A DNA stretch of 64,000 nt, from contig JBNMKW010000004.1 in the NCBI GenBank assembly GCA_050874545.1, positions 3,184 to 67,183 on the forward strand, given 5' to 3'. Made by a program: the position numbers and the translations under genes. Below are positions 8,684 to 18,442 of the stretch, one piece after another. Below the pieces are notes generated by a model. The model saw nothing but the letters and a program-made list of their open reading frames with translations, did not search any database and was not told the origin of the DNA. The stretch comes from Megasphaera sp. (GTDB lineage: Bacteria; Bacillota; Negativicutes; Veillonellales; Megasphaeraceae). Each line of letters starts with the position of its first letter. Position 1 is the first letter of the stretch.

Positions 8684-10234
8684 TTACTGTTTATCTAAAT
8701 CTGCTGTAATTTCATAAAAATCACACGGATGCGCCTGCAGCCCTGTCACATTTGCTTTGGAAATCAAGCTCATTTGCAGATGCGAACAAAATACATAGGC
8801 ATAGTCATCCAACACGACCTGGCTCATCTGCACGGCTAACTGACTGCGCTGCTTGGCATCTGCCGTTTGTGCCATTTGCTGTGCCAGTTGTTCCAATGCA
8901 TCACTGTGATACCCGCCTGCATTAGCATCAGACTGATCTAAACAGCAATACGAAAAGAAATACGCCGGGTCGCCCGTAGGTGCCGTGACCATCGCACTGG
9001 CATATACATCCCACGCCGTTTTATCTTGGCGCAGTACATTATGGCTGGCTGTATTATTGATTTCTACATCCATACCTATCTTTTTCAGTGAAGCTTGGGC
9101 CGATTCTGCCAGCAGCGGCAATTCCTGCCGGCTTGGGTACGTCAGCCAGCGGATTTGCAGTTTTTGACCGTCTTTTTCCCGAATACCATCTCCATCACTG
9201 TCAACCCAGCCGGCTTGTTCCAGCACTTGTTTCGCTTCTTCAAGATCATAGGGTGCGTTTTGTACGGCTTTGTCGCCACAGTCCATCGTATCGGGGAACG
9301 GCCCCGCTGCCGGATACCCATGTCCCAGCAGCAGCGTCTTCACAAATCCTTCTTTATCTATCGCCATGGCTATGGCTTTACGCACTGCTTTATCCTGCAT
9401 TACCGGACTGGCAAAATTCATCCAAGCAAAAAAAGTCCGACTTGTAGGCGTACTGCTTATCGTATAGGCATCATTAGAAAATAATGCGCAGCTGGCATAA
9501 GGAAGTCCATAGGCAGCATCAATTTCTCCGCTCTGCAGCGCCATCGTCAACGTATCGCCGTCTGTAATGGTTCGTACGACAACCCGATCCAGTTTAGGCA
9601 TGCCGTTCCAATACGTTTCATTTTTTACTAGCTCCAACTCTTTCCCGGAAGTCAGCGCGACTGGCATATACGGCCCAGTTCCCGTAACCAATCCTTGTGG
9701 AGAAATCCCATCTTTCATATCAATAATGCAACTGTACGGATCAGCTAAATAATGCAACATAGCAGGCACCGGCACTGTCGTGTGAATAATGACATCTTGT
9801 CCGGACACGCCAATATCGGCAATATGCAAATCATTGGTCGCTCTCTTGTGAACGGAAACCAAATGTTCCAAGCATTCTTTAACTGCGCCGCTGTCCATGG
9901 GCCGATTGCTGGTAAACGTAATATTGTCCCGCAGTGTAATTTTCCAAGTCAGCGGGTCGAGCTGTACGGCCTGCTTAGCCAGCCAAGGCTCTAATTTCAT
10001 ATCATCAGTATAGCGAAATAAGGTTTCACCAACACCATAGCGCAGACACGCCCAGCCGCCGCAGTCATGATGGGGATTGATATCCGCTTCATTATTTTCC
10101 GCATTAAATGTCGTATCCCCCAAGATAAACGTTTTTCCGCTTTTTTCATGGGTTTCCTGATCATGGCCGCAGCCGCACAGCATGGTAAGCACTACCAACA
10201 GACAGACGATGCCCCACCGTAGTTGTTTTGTCAT
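8684..10234 (-). CDS. ABC substrate-binding lipoprotein, family 5 (NikA/CntA/OppA-like)
   Basis: Lipobox MLCG-C after MTKQLRW start (ATGA overlap with the permease stop); EPWLA, WKITLRDNITF, ALQSGEIDAA family-5 motifs. Confidence 0.88.
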   Translation of the reverse strand: MTKQLRWGIVCLLVVLTMLCGCGHDQETHEKSGKTFILGDTTFNAENNEADINPHHDCGGWACLRYGVGETLFRYTDDMKLEPWLAKQAVQLDPLTWKITLRDNITFTSNRPMDSGAVKECLEHLVSVHKRATNDLHIADIGVSGQDVIIHTTVPVPAMLHYLADPYSCIIDMKDGISPQGLVTGTGPYMPVALTSGKELELVKNETYWNGMPKLDRVVVRTITDGDTLTMALQSGEIDAAYGLPYASCALFSNDAYTISSTPTSRTFFAWMNFASPVMQDKAVRKAIAMAIDKEGFVKTLLLGHGYPAAGPFPDTMDCGDKAVQNAPYDLEEAKQVLEQAGWVDSDGDGIREKDGQKLQIRWLTYPSRQELPLLAESAQASLKKIGMDVEINNTASHNVLRQDKTAWDVYASAMVTAPTGDPAYFFSYCCLDQSDANAGGYHSDALEQLAQQMAQTADAKQRSQLAVQMSQVVLDDYAYVFCSHLQMSLISKANVTGLQAHPCDFYEITADLDKQ

Positions 10235-11088
10235 TTGCTCCCCTTCTTTCGTATATCCCAATAATCACGCAGTGAATCACCCAGCAAGTTAAAAACGGAT
10301 ACGGCCATAAAAATAGCCGCTCCCGGCGCAAACACAACCCATGGATAAGTCTGCAGCATGCTGCGACCCACATTCATCATACTGCCCCATTCTGCCAATG
10401 GGGGCTTGGCACCGAGTCCCAAAAAAGACAACGCAGCCAGTTCCATCATAACCGTTCCGATATCCAATGCCGCTGTTGTTATAATCGTACTGCTAATATT
10501 GGGCAGTATATGCCGTATCATCATTTGTTTCGGCGAAGTACCGGCTAACTGGGCCGCCGCCATAAAAGGCTGTTCTTTAAGCATCAGTGTCTGGCTGCGG
10601 GCTAATCTGGCATATTTAGGCCAGCCAATGACCAACAAAGCCAACATGGCTGTTTCTATGCCGCCATGCAAGACAGCGGTCACGGCCAATGCAAACACAA
10701 GAGCCGGAAACGCCAGGCACATATCGGCCAGCCGCATAACAAGTGCATCTGTCCTGCCGCCAAAATAAGCGCAGTGTGCGCCGATACTGGTTCCTATAGC
10801 AGCCTCTGCCATGACTACGATCCCCGCTGACAATACGCTGGCCTGCGTTCCCATCACGACACGGGACAACATATCCCGTCCATACCGGTCTGTTCCCAAG
10901 AGATGTGCCATGCTCGGCGGCTGCAGTGCTGCTGCATAATCCTGTCCATTCGGGTCATAGGGACATAAAAAAGAAGCAAAAACTGCAATTCCCACAACAA
11001 GAACTGCCAATGCTGCAAATCCATATACTTTCTCTTTCGTATAGTCGTGATACACCATTTTTTGGTGAATTGGCACAATATCTTTCAT
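10231..11088 (-). CDS. Peptide/nickel ABC permease (OppC/NikC-like)
   Basis: HLLGTDRYGRDMLSRV, EAA-loop-like PFMAAAQLAGTS, HILPN, LSFLGLG, EWGSM. Confidence 0.9.
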   Translation of the reverse strand: MKDIVPIHQKMVYHDYTKEKVYGFAALAVLVVGIAVFASFLCPYDPNGQDYAAALQPPSMAHLLGTDRYGRDMLSRVVMGTQASVLSAGIVVMAEAAIGTSIGAHCAYFGGRTDALVMRLADMCLAFPALVFALAVTAVLHGGIETAMLALLVIGWPKYARLARSQTLMLKEQPFMAAAQLAGTSPKQMMIRHILPNISSTIITTAALDIGTVMMELAALSFLGLGAKPPLAEWGSMMNVGRSMLQTYPWVVFAPGAAIFMAVSVFNLLGDSLRDYWDIRKKGSK

Positions 11089-12032
11089 CGTTTACTGCCT
11101 CCCCAGCGAATAGTCGGCACAAGCAGATGATAGGATATATCTGCTGCCAAATTGACAATCATATAGATAAAGGCCATCCAAAACACATATGCCTGAATGA
11201 TGGGATAATCCCGCATAGCAATCGCATCGACTGCCAATTTACCGATACCGTCCCACATAAAAATAGTTTCAACTACTGCCGTACCGCCAAGAAGGCTGCC
11301 CATGGACAAGGCCAGCAGCGTTACCAGCGTAACTGAAGACGCACGCAGGATACTGCGATACAGTGTATAGTGAAACGGAATGCCTCTGGCACCGGCACCA
11401 GCTACATAAGGTTTGCTCATTTCTTCCAACACAGCTGTCCGTATTTGCCGTATATATTTGACAGACATCACAATCGCCAACGTACAAGCAGGCAGCAGCA
11501 GTGCTTCTCCTGTCGTTCCGACGGCCATGACAGGTACCAAGGCATAGCGAACAGCAAACACGTACAACAATAGCAATGCCATAACAAAGCCGGGAATACT
11601 GCTGCCGCAAAAGCTGAATATCCGAATGCCGTAATCCCAAAGAGAATTCTTTTTGACAGCCGCTAAAACGCCTAAGGGAATAGAAATACAAAGCGTCATC
11701 ATCAAAGAGGCCGCCATGAGTTCTAACGTAGCTGGCAGCTTAGAAAAAAACAGTCCTGCTGCCGATTGACCGGATACATAACTTTGTCCCATATCTCCAT
11801 GCAGCAGACGGTTCAGCCATTCTATGTACTGTATATAAAATGGCTGGTCTAAGCCCAATCTAGCTCTTTCACTTTCTAAAACGCTTTGGGATACAGCGAT
11901 GCCCGTCTGTTCATATTTTTGCATCACCGCATCACTGCCGGCCAAATACATGCAGGCAAAAGACACCAGCGTAATACCAAGCAGCACAGGAATCAGCTGC
12001 AGCAGGCGGCGTATCATATATTGCCTCATCAT
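11085..12032 (-). CDS. Peptide/nickel ABC permease (OppB/NikB-like)
   Basis: YMIRRLLQLIPVLLGIT, LGLDQPFYIQY, VVETIFMWDGIG, RDYPIIQ; start moved to ATG overlapping the methyltransferase stop. Confidence 0.9.
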   Translation of the reverse strand: MMRQYMIRRLLQLIPVLLGITLVSFACMYLAGSDAVMQKYEQTGIAVSQSVLESERARLGLDQPFYIQYIEWLNRLLHGDMGQSYVSGQSAAGLFFSKLPATLELMAASLMMTLCISIPLGVLAAVKKNSLWDYGIRIFSFCGSSIPGFVMALLLLYVFAVRYALVPVMAVGTTGEALLLPACTLAIVMSVKYIRQIRTAVLEEMSKPYVAGAGARGIPFHYTLYRSILRASSVTLVTLLALSMGSLLGGTAVVETIFMWDGIGKLAVDAIAMRDYPIIQAYVFWMAFIYMIVNLAADISYHLLVPTIRWGGSKR

Positions 12033-12817
12033 CACTGGGCCGCCTTTACTGCCTGAATGCAAAACATCGGTGTCGATGCATTGTTGATGCGTTCTGTCCG
12101 CGTCCATACGGTTTGCCAGATGTTAGTATCTGCTGCCGCTTCCATGCCTAATGCATTCAGTACTTGAATATCCCATTGCGGCCGTTCTGCCAGTGACAGC
12201 GGTACTTGCTGGGCAATGGCTTCCATGGCTGGAATATCTGTCCCGTCGTTTTCATTCACCACACCGTTTTTCTGAATTTCTTTTCTATCTGCCAAATACC
12301 CCTGACGAGCCGTTTCGTCATATAAATACCGATACCAGTTGGCATCAAAATTCAGTAATACGCCGCCGGGCTTTAGCACCCGCTGCCATTCTCGATACGC
12401 TGTCTGCGGATGCGGCAGATTCCACGTCACATTCCGGGTCACAATGACCTCAAACGAATGGGCCGCAAAAGACAGGTTTTCAGCATTCATGCACTGAAAA
12501 ACAATAGATTTCTGCCATTTCCCAGCATTCCGTTTGGCTTCCTGCAACATGGATTCTGTATAATCCACAGCCGTAACGGCATATCCTTTTTCTGCTAAAA
12601 GAATCGCAAAAAAGCCAGGCCCTGTACCAATATCCAACACATGGATATCCTGCCGCCGTTTGTCAGGATAGCAGGCATCTATCCGCGTCGTCAATACGCG
12701 GCTCCATATATCATGCTGTCTTGTCCGCAGCTCCTCTTGATTGACTTCTGAATACGAGGGGGCGCGCTTTGTCCAATAGGTTCTGTTTTCTTCTTCAAAT
12801 GCCGTACATGTTTCCAT
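12032..12817 (-). CDS. Class I SAM-dependent methyltransferase (paralogue 2)
   Basis: VLDIGTGPGFFA motif I, VTAVD, RVLKPGGVLL; GAGGAG RBS before ATG 12817 (ORF extends to 12835). Confidence 0.88.
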   Translation of the reverse strand: METCTAFEEENRTYWTKRAPSYSEVNQEELRTRQHDIWSRVLTTRIDACYPDKRRQDIHVLDIGTGPGFFAILLAEKGYAVTAVDYTESMLQEAKRNAGKWQKSIVFQCMNAENLSFAAHSFEVIVTRNVTWNLPHPQTAYREWQRVLKPGGVLLNFDANWYRYLYDETARQGYLADRKEIQKNGVVNENDGTDIPAMEAIAQQVPLSLAERPQWDIQVLNALGMEAAADTNIWQTVWTRTERINNASTPMFCIQAVKAAQ

Positions 12818-12827
12818 CGTCTTCTCC

Positions 12828-13541
12828 TCATGCATACGCCGCTATCGTAAATATAGGCGTTGGATTATAAAATTCATCTACTGAAGCATAGATTCGCTGC
12901 CAAACAGTCGTGTCCACCTGTACATCACGAAATCCGGCCTGCTGCAGCAATTCTATATCCCACTGCGGCCGCTGATATGGCTGCTGCAATTCTTTTTTCA
13001 TCACTTCATACTGACGCATTACTTGAGGAGCAATTTGTTTATGCGCATGGTTTTCCGGCAGTACAGCCCCTTCGTTTTCATGGCAGTAATCGGCATCAAA
13101 ATTTAACAGCAAACCGCCTTTTTTCAGCAGACGGTGCCAAGATGCATATGCCATCCCCAGATGCGGCAGCGCCCACGTCAAATTACGGGAAATAAGTACG
13201 TCAAATGACTGTGCCGGAAATGCCGGATGTTCTGCATCCATAACATAAAACGATGCCGGTATCCCATACTGCGCCGCTTTTCTTTTTGCTTCTTCAATCA
13301 TATGCGCTGTCAAATCAATCCCCGTCACATCATGTCCTGCCATAGCCAGCAGCGTAGCAAAAAATCCGGTACCTGTACCCAAATCCAGAATCCGCAGCCG
13401 TCTCTGCATAGGTATATATTTTGCAAATTCAGCAAGCCACAACTGTCTTTTAGCACTTTGAAATTCCCGGCAGCGCTGTGCCGAAAAAGATTCAACGCGT
13501 TGTGACCAATACTGTACCATCTCTTGTTTTATCGTTTCCAT
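12828..13541 (-). CDS. Class I SAM-dependent methyltransferase (paralogue 1)
   Basis: ILDLGTGTGFFA motif I, VTGID, RLLKKGGLLL; AGGTGG RBS before ATG 13541. Confidence 0.88.
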   Translation of the reverse strand: METIKQEMVQYWSQRVESFSAQRCREFQSAKRQLWLAEFAKYIPMQRRLRILDLGTGTGFFATLLAMAGHDVTGIDLTAHMIEEAKRKAAQYGIPASFYVMDAEHPAFPAQSFDVLISRNLTWALPHLGMAYASWHRLLKKGGLLLNFDADYCHENEGAVLPENHAHKQIAPQVMRQYEVMKKELQQPYQRPQWDIELLQQAGFRDVQVDTTVWQRIYASVDEFYNPTPIFTIAAYA

Positions 13542-13687
13542 ATGTCCCACCTATACTATATCTTTTATATATATTATACAAAAACATCATACTAGTTTTA
13601 AGCCCCCCATGGGGATAGAACCTTAATACAGAAACCTTTCTCCAACGTTTTGTTTATATTAGGCTGTCTTGCCTTCCTATTGGGCAC

Positions 13688-13721
13688 AAAAAAACAGCGC
13701 ATACAAAATGTATGCGCTGTT
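13688..13721 (-). terminator. Terminator downstream of tRNA-Arg
   Basis: CAGCGCATAC-N5-GTATGCGCTG perfect stem then T7 on the minus strand. Confidence 0.85.
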
Positions 13722-13724
13722 ATG

Positions 13725-13801
13725 TGGTGACCCGGTAGGGATTCGAACCCTAGACCTACTGATTCGTAGTCAGTCACTCTATCCAGCTGAGCTACCGAGT
13801 C
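13725..13801 (-). tRNA. tRNA-Arg (anticodon ACG)
   Basis: GACTCGG/CCGGGTC acceptor stem, D arm AGCTCAGCTGGATAGAG, anticodon arm ACTGA-CTACGAA-TCAGT, T loop GGTTCGAATCC, encoded CCA; upstream TTGACA...TATAAT promoter. Confidence 0.97.
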
Positions 13802-13907
13802 ATGTCTCCTGACGACTTTTATATTATACAAAATGCACTGCGTTTTGTCAAGAATTTATTATAAAAAAACAGCCCTGACATCATATCAGAGCTGTCGAAA
13901 TACTATA

Positions 13908-14789
13908 TTAAAGTTTTCCTACTGATTTTAAAAGTTTCGTGCAGATTTCCTTAATTTCCGGTGATGCTTCTACCAAAGGCAGACGGAATGGACCTGCTGG
14001 TAATCCCATCATATTAAGCACCGTCTTGACCGGTACAGGACTAACCGTGCAGAACATGCCTTTCATAAACGGCAGATATTTTTGGTGCATTTTAGCAGCC
14101 TTTTTCGTATCGCCGTCTTTAAATGCCTGAATCATTTCATTCATTTCTTTACCGATAACATGGCTCGATACAGAAATGACGCCTTCGGCACCGACTGCCA
14201 AAATAGGCACGGTCATGTTGTCATCACCGCTGTAATGATGGAACCCTTCCGGTGTACCTGCAATGACTTCTGTTGCAAAATCTACATCGCCTGTTGCGTC
14301 TTTAATGCCAATGATATTGGAAAATTCATTGGCTAACTTGCAAACTGTAGCCGCTTCAATCTTCCCGCCTGTCCGACCTGGTACGTTATAAATAAAAATC
14401 GGCAGTTTCGTAGACTTAGCAATAGCTGCAAAGTGCGCATAGCAGCCTTCCTGGTTTGGTTTATTATAGTACGGAACGATGCAGAGAATCGCATCAACGC
14501 CTGTTTTTTCTACGCGTTTGATAAATTCAATTGTTTGTGCCGTATCGTTAGAACCGGCATTTGCCATGACCAATGTTTTGTCTTTGAAAGCATCTGCCGT
14601 CATTTGATACAACTTAATCTTTTCATCGGCAGTCATTGTCGCACCTTCACCAGTTGTTGCGCCGACAAGAATACCTTGTCCTTCATCGGTATATCTCGAA
14701 GCTAACTGCAGTGCTGCTTCATAGTTGACAGAGCCATCTTCATGAAATGGCGTGACCATAGCAACGATTACGTTTGGAAATGTTAACAT
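13908..14789 (-). CDS. dapA: 4-hydroxy-tetrahydrodipicolinate synthase
   Basis: VAMVTPF, GATTGE, VPYYNKP, IYNVPGRTG, IGIKDATG, YSGDD. Confidence 0.95.
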   Translation of the reverse strand: MLTFPNVIVAMVTPFHEDGSVNYEAALQLASRYTDEGQGILVGATTGEGATMTADEKIKLYQMTADAFKDKTLVMANAGSNDTAQTIEFIKRVEKTGVDAILCIVPYYNKPNQEGCYAHFAAIAKSTKLPIFIYNVPGRTGGKIEAATVCKLANEFSNIIGIKDATGDVDFATEVIAGTPEGFHHYSGDDNMTVPILAVGAEGVISVSSHVIGKEMNEMIQAFKDGDTKKAAKMHQKYLPFMKGMFCTVSPVPVKTVLNMMGLPAGPFRLPLVEASPEIKEICTKLLKSVGKL

Positions 14790-14814
14790 AAAAAACCAAC
14801 TCCAGTCTTCAGTA

Positions 14815-15852
14815 TTATTTTATCATATCATGGGCAAGCATGTATTCTGCAATCTGCAGGGCATTCAAAGCGGCACCTTTGCGAATCTGGTCTCCAGATA
14901 CCCAAAGATTAATTGCTTTGGGGTTATACAAATCTTTGCGGATACGTCCTACATAGCAGTCATATTTTTCAGACGTATACAACGGCATTGGGTATTCCAT
15001 TTCTGCCAAATTATCCTGTACTTGAGCGCCTGGGAAGGCATCAATGGCTTTGCGTACTGCATCAACAGTCAGTTCATCTGCTGTTTCTACATAAATAGAT
15101 TCAGCATGGCTGCGGAATACAGGCACACGGACTGTCGTTGCCGTAATGGCAATGTTATCGTCATGAAGCATTTTATGTGTTTCATTGACCATTTTCATTT
15201 CTTCCTTACTGTAGTTATTGTCCAGGAATTTATCTATCTGCGGAATCAAATTAAAGGCAATGGGATAATGTTTCGGCAAGCTCTTGCTAGGCAAAATATG
15301 CGGAACCATTTCTTCCCCTTTAAGGTATGCCTGTGTTTCATCACGAAGTTCATCGATACCTTCTTTGCCGGCGCCGGAGACAGCCTGATACGTGCTGACA
15401 ATAATCTTTTTGATAGGAGAAAGGTCATGGATTGGTTTTAATGCCATCAACATGATAATCGTCGAGCAGTTTGGATTGGCAATAATGCCTTTATGCCATG
15501 CAATATCTTCCGGATTGACTTCCGGAACTACTAACGGTACATTGGGATCCATACGGAACGTGCTGGAATTATCAATAACGACACAACCCCGTTTCGCCGC
15601 TTCAGGGCCTAAGGTTTTGCTGACAGAACCGCCGGCAAATAAGCCGATGTCTACGCCATCGAATGATTCTGGTTTAGCTTCTTCGATAGTGTATTCTTCT
15701 CCATTGACAGTCATTTTTTTGCCTGCAGACCGTGAAGAGGCAAGCAGTTTTAATTTACTGTACGGAAATTTGCGTTCTTCAATCAATCGAATAAATTCTT
15801 GTCCTACGGCACCTGTGGCACCCAAAATAGCTACTACCGGTTCTTTTGTCAT
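14815..15852 (-). CDS. asd: Aspartate-semialdehyde dehydrogenase
   Basis: GATGAVGQ, VIDNSSTFRM, VVPEVN, IIANPNCST, DQIRKGAALNA. Confidence 0.96.
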   Translation of the reverse strand: MTKEPVVAILGATGAVGQEFIRLIEERKFPYSKLKLLASSRSAGKKMTVNGEEYTIEEAKPESFDGVDIGLFAGGSVSKTLGPEAAKRGCVVIDNSSTFRMDPNVPLVVPEVNPEDIAWHKGIIANPNCSTIIMLMALKPIHDLSPIKKIIVSTYQAVSGAGKEGIDELRDETQAYLKGEEMVPHILPSKSLPKHYPIAFNLIPQIDKFLDNNYSKEEMKMVNETHKMLHDDNIAITATTVRVPVFRSHAESIYVETADELTVDAVRKAIDAFPGAQVQDNLAEMEYPMPLYTSEKYDCYVGRIRKDLYNPKAINLWVSGDQIRKGAALNALQIAEYMLAHDMIK

Positions 15853-15870
15853 GTCTAAATTCCCCTTCTA

Positions 15871-16668
15871 TTATAAATAATTTTCCAGTCCAAATGTAAG
15901 GCCAGGCCGTGAGCTTACTTTTTTAACCGCTAATACGACGCCCGGCATAAATGATTTTCGATCCATGGAATCGTGGCGAATCGTCAGCAATTCACCATAG
16001 CCGCCGAATAATACCTGCTGATGTGCTACGTAGCCCGGCAGCCGCACACTGTGAATCGGAATATCATCGACTTTGGCACCGCGGGCACCGTCTAAGCTTT
16101 CATGGGTTTTATCTTCGGCAGGTACCGCATTCGCTTCTTTACGGGCAGCCGCAATCTTATTAGCTGTCATGATAGCCGTACCGGAAGGTGCATCCAATTT
16201 ATTATTATGATGCAGTTCAATGATTTCAACATCAGGCAGATACGGTGCTACTTCTGTTGATAATTTCATCATCAAAACAGCTCCGATAGAGAAGTTTGGG
16301 GCGATAAAAATGCTGGTTTTGTGTTCTTTAGCCATAGCATCGAGTTCATCGCGCTGCTGCGCTGTCAATCCGGTCGTACCTACTACCATGTTCACACCAT
16401 GGGCAATACACGTTTTGGCATTTTCAAAAATAACATGCGGTGTTGTAAAATCTACAACAACATCCGGTTTAATATCTTCCAAGGCCGCTGCCAATCCTTC
16501 ACGAATCGGCATATGCAGCGTACCGACACCGGCAAGCTCGCCTGCGTCTTCCCCTACATGTGTAATACTTACGCCGCCAACAAATTCTAATTCTTTATCT
16601 TCATATACGGCTTTAACGACCTGGCTTCCCATGCGGCCGTCTGCACCGTTTACAAGTACGCGAAGCAT
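15871..16668 (-). CDS. dapB: 4-hydroxy-tetrahydrodipicolinate reductase
   Basis: NGADGRMG, DFTTP, VGTTG, APNFSIG, ELHHNNKLDAPSGTA; start taken at ATG 16668 (ORF extends to 16680). Confidence 0.95.
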   Translation of the reverse strand: MLRVLVNGADGRMGSQVVKAVYEDKELEFVGGVSITHVGEDAGELAGVGTLHMPIREGLAAALEDIKPDVVVDFTTPHVIFENAKTCIAHGVNMVVGTTGLTAQQRDELDAMAKEHKTSIFIAPNFSIGAVLMMKLSTEVAPYLPDVEIIELHHNNKLDAPSGTAIMTANKIAAARKEANAVPAEDKTHESLDGARGAKVDDIPIHSVRLPGYVAHQQVLFGGYGELLTIRHDSMDRKSFMPGVVLAVKKVSSRPGLTFGLENYL

Positions 16669-16755
16669 ATAATTCACCATCCTATTTACTTTGTTAAAGA
16701 TTAACCTTAATATATACCTATTATTCTATTGCGTCAAGGATATGCCTCTAAAACT

Positions 16756-18435
16756 TTATTTTTTTACCTGTCGAACTAACTGCCGGGCCGTTTCCAAACT
16801 AGCCTGCGTTGTATCATTGCCGGCAAACATCCGGGCAATTTCTTGAATGTGCTCTTTTTCTGACAATGTACGAACTTGCGAAATAGTCCGGCCATCACAT
16901 TCCTTTTTATAAATAAAATAATGATGGTCCGCAATGGATGCCGTCTGCGGCAAATGCGTAATGCAAAAGACTTGTCCATACCGGCAAAGTCTCCGAATGT
17001 GATCCGCAACCTGCAGCCCGGTCTGTCCGCTGATGCCGACATCAATTTCATCAAAAATCATCGTCTGTCCCGTACTGATATTGCGGCTGCTCGTTTTGAG
17101 GGCCAACGCAATACGAGATATTTCACCGCCGGAAGCAATTTTTGCCAATGGCTTTTTTTCTTCCCCGACATTCGCCGAAAAGTACAGTTCAATAGACGCT
17201 GCCCCATCCGGTTCGATGCGCTCCATCGGCTCTATGTGAAACGTAATCGACGCATGCGGCATGCCTAACTCAGCCAACGCTGCTTCCATGGCATGGCGAA
17301 ACATCTGGTTTGCCTCACTGCGCAACGCAGACAATACATCGGCTTGCTGCCGCAGAGCTTTTTCTTTCTGTTTCATTTCCGCCTGCAGCGAAGCCAGCAC
17401 GCTTTCAGACTGATCCAACCGCGAAAAATCGGCTTTTGCTTTATCCAAAAATGTCAAAATATCCGTAATGGTAAGACCGTATTTACGCTTTAGTTTATCA
17501 ATCACAGCCAAGCGGGACTGCATCGCATCCAATGCTTTTTCATCAAAATCAAAGGAATCAGCATACCGCAGCAATCCGTCATGAATATCTTCCAGCTCAT
17601 ACGTCAGCGCTTCTATTTTTGCCGACATGGTCTTAAATATTTCGTCATATGCCGAGGCTTTTTCCAGATTGCGATGTACTGATTCCACTTGTTCCAATAT
17701 ACCCTTCTGGCGTTCTCCGCCTTCCAAGCTGAACAAGCTCTCTTTCAAATTATTTTTGATATGCTCTGCATGAGAAGACATGCGGACCTGCTTTTCTAAT
17801 TCATCGTCTTCCCCGACACGCAGCTGCGCACTTTCAATTTCTTTAATTTGAAATTCCAAAATACCAAGCAGCCTTGCTTTCTCGCTTTCGTCGCGCTGTA
17901 AATTTTTAACTTGTATCCCCAACGCATGCCAAGATGCATATAACGCGTCGTAATCAGCCCGTGCTTTCTGCAGCTGCGGCGTCAAATGATCTAGGATTTG
18001 TACATGATACGCCGGATCAAAAATCAACCGATTGTCAAACTGTCCATGAATATCTAATAGATATTCACCCAAATGCCGCAGCACCGTCAAGGGAACTATC
18101 GTTCCGTTGACCAGTGTCGTACCGCGTCCGCTGCGGTAAAACTGCCGTGAAATAACCAGCTGCGCTTCTTCACATTCGATGTGATTTTCCTGCAGCAGCT
18201 GCTGCAGCGGTGCAGGCAGAGCCGCAAAAAAGAACGCGCCTTCAACCAAAAACGAATCCGTGCCTTGACGCACGAATGCTGCTGAAGCGCGCTTACCTGC
18301 CAACATGCCAATGGCATCCAGCAGAATGGATTTGCCGGCCCCGGTTTCGCCTGTAAAAATGGTAACACCTTCACCGAACGTCAGATGTAAATCTTCAATT
18401 AAAGCAAAATTATGGATATGCAGCGATTGCAGCAT
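16756..18435 (-). CDS. recN: DNA repair protein RecN
   Basis: TGETGAGKS, coiled coil, ASGGEISR, IFDEID, CITHLPQ. Confidence 0.95.
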   Translation of the reverse strand: MLQSLHIHNFALIEDLHLTFGEGVTIFTGETGAGKSILLDAIGMLAGKRASAAFVRQGTDSFLVEGAFFFAALPAPLQQLLQENHIECEEAQLVISRQFYRSGRGTTLVNGTIVPLTVLRHLGEYLLDIHGQFDNRLIFDPAYHVQILDHLTPQLQKARADYDALYASWHALGIQVKNLQRDESEKARLLGILEFQIKEIESAQLRVGEDDELEKQVRMSSHAEHIKNNLKESLFSLEGGERQKGILEQVESVHRNLEKASAYDEIFKTMSAKIEALTYELEDIHDGLLRYADSFDFDEKALDAMQSRLAVIDKLKRKYGLTITDILTFLDKAKADFSRLDQSESVLASLQAEMKQKEKALRQQADVLSALRSEANQMFRHAMEAALAELGMPHASITFHIEPMERIEPDGAASIELYFSANVGEEKKPLAKIASGGEISRIALALKTSSRNISTGQTMIFDEIDVGISGQTGLQVADHIRRLCRYGQVFCITHLPQTASIADHHYFIYKKECDGRTISQVRTLSEKEHIQEIARMFAGNDTTQASLETARQLVRQVKK

Positions 18436-18442
18436 ACAAACC

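Noticed and set aside
13601-13628. GGTTCTATCCCCATGGGGGGC on the minus strand resembling a tRNA 3' end (possible att remnant)
   Set aside because: It does not match the adjacent tRNA-Arg 3' end, cannot form a proper T arm and lacks CCA; treated only as a possible operator.
7063-13724. Integrated mobile element at tRNA-Arg
   Set aside because: No integrase, transposase or duplicated tRNA 3' sequence was found at the far end, so mobility is unsupported.
13598-13831. 77-aa ORF in the ORF track
   Set aside because: It runs through the tRNA-Arg gene and its terminator; a shadow ORF.
14752-15880. Long antisense ORFs over asd (229 aa and 162 aa)
   Set aside because: They are shadows of a highly conserved gene, with no RBS or recognisable motifs.
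13908-16755. Absence of aspartokinase in dapB-asd-dapA and of a lysine riboswitch
   Set aside because: The intergenic region is too short for a riboswitch, and gene-order variation here is ordinary; the gene may be elsewhere.
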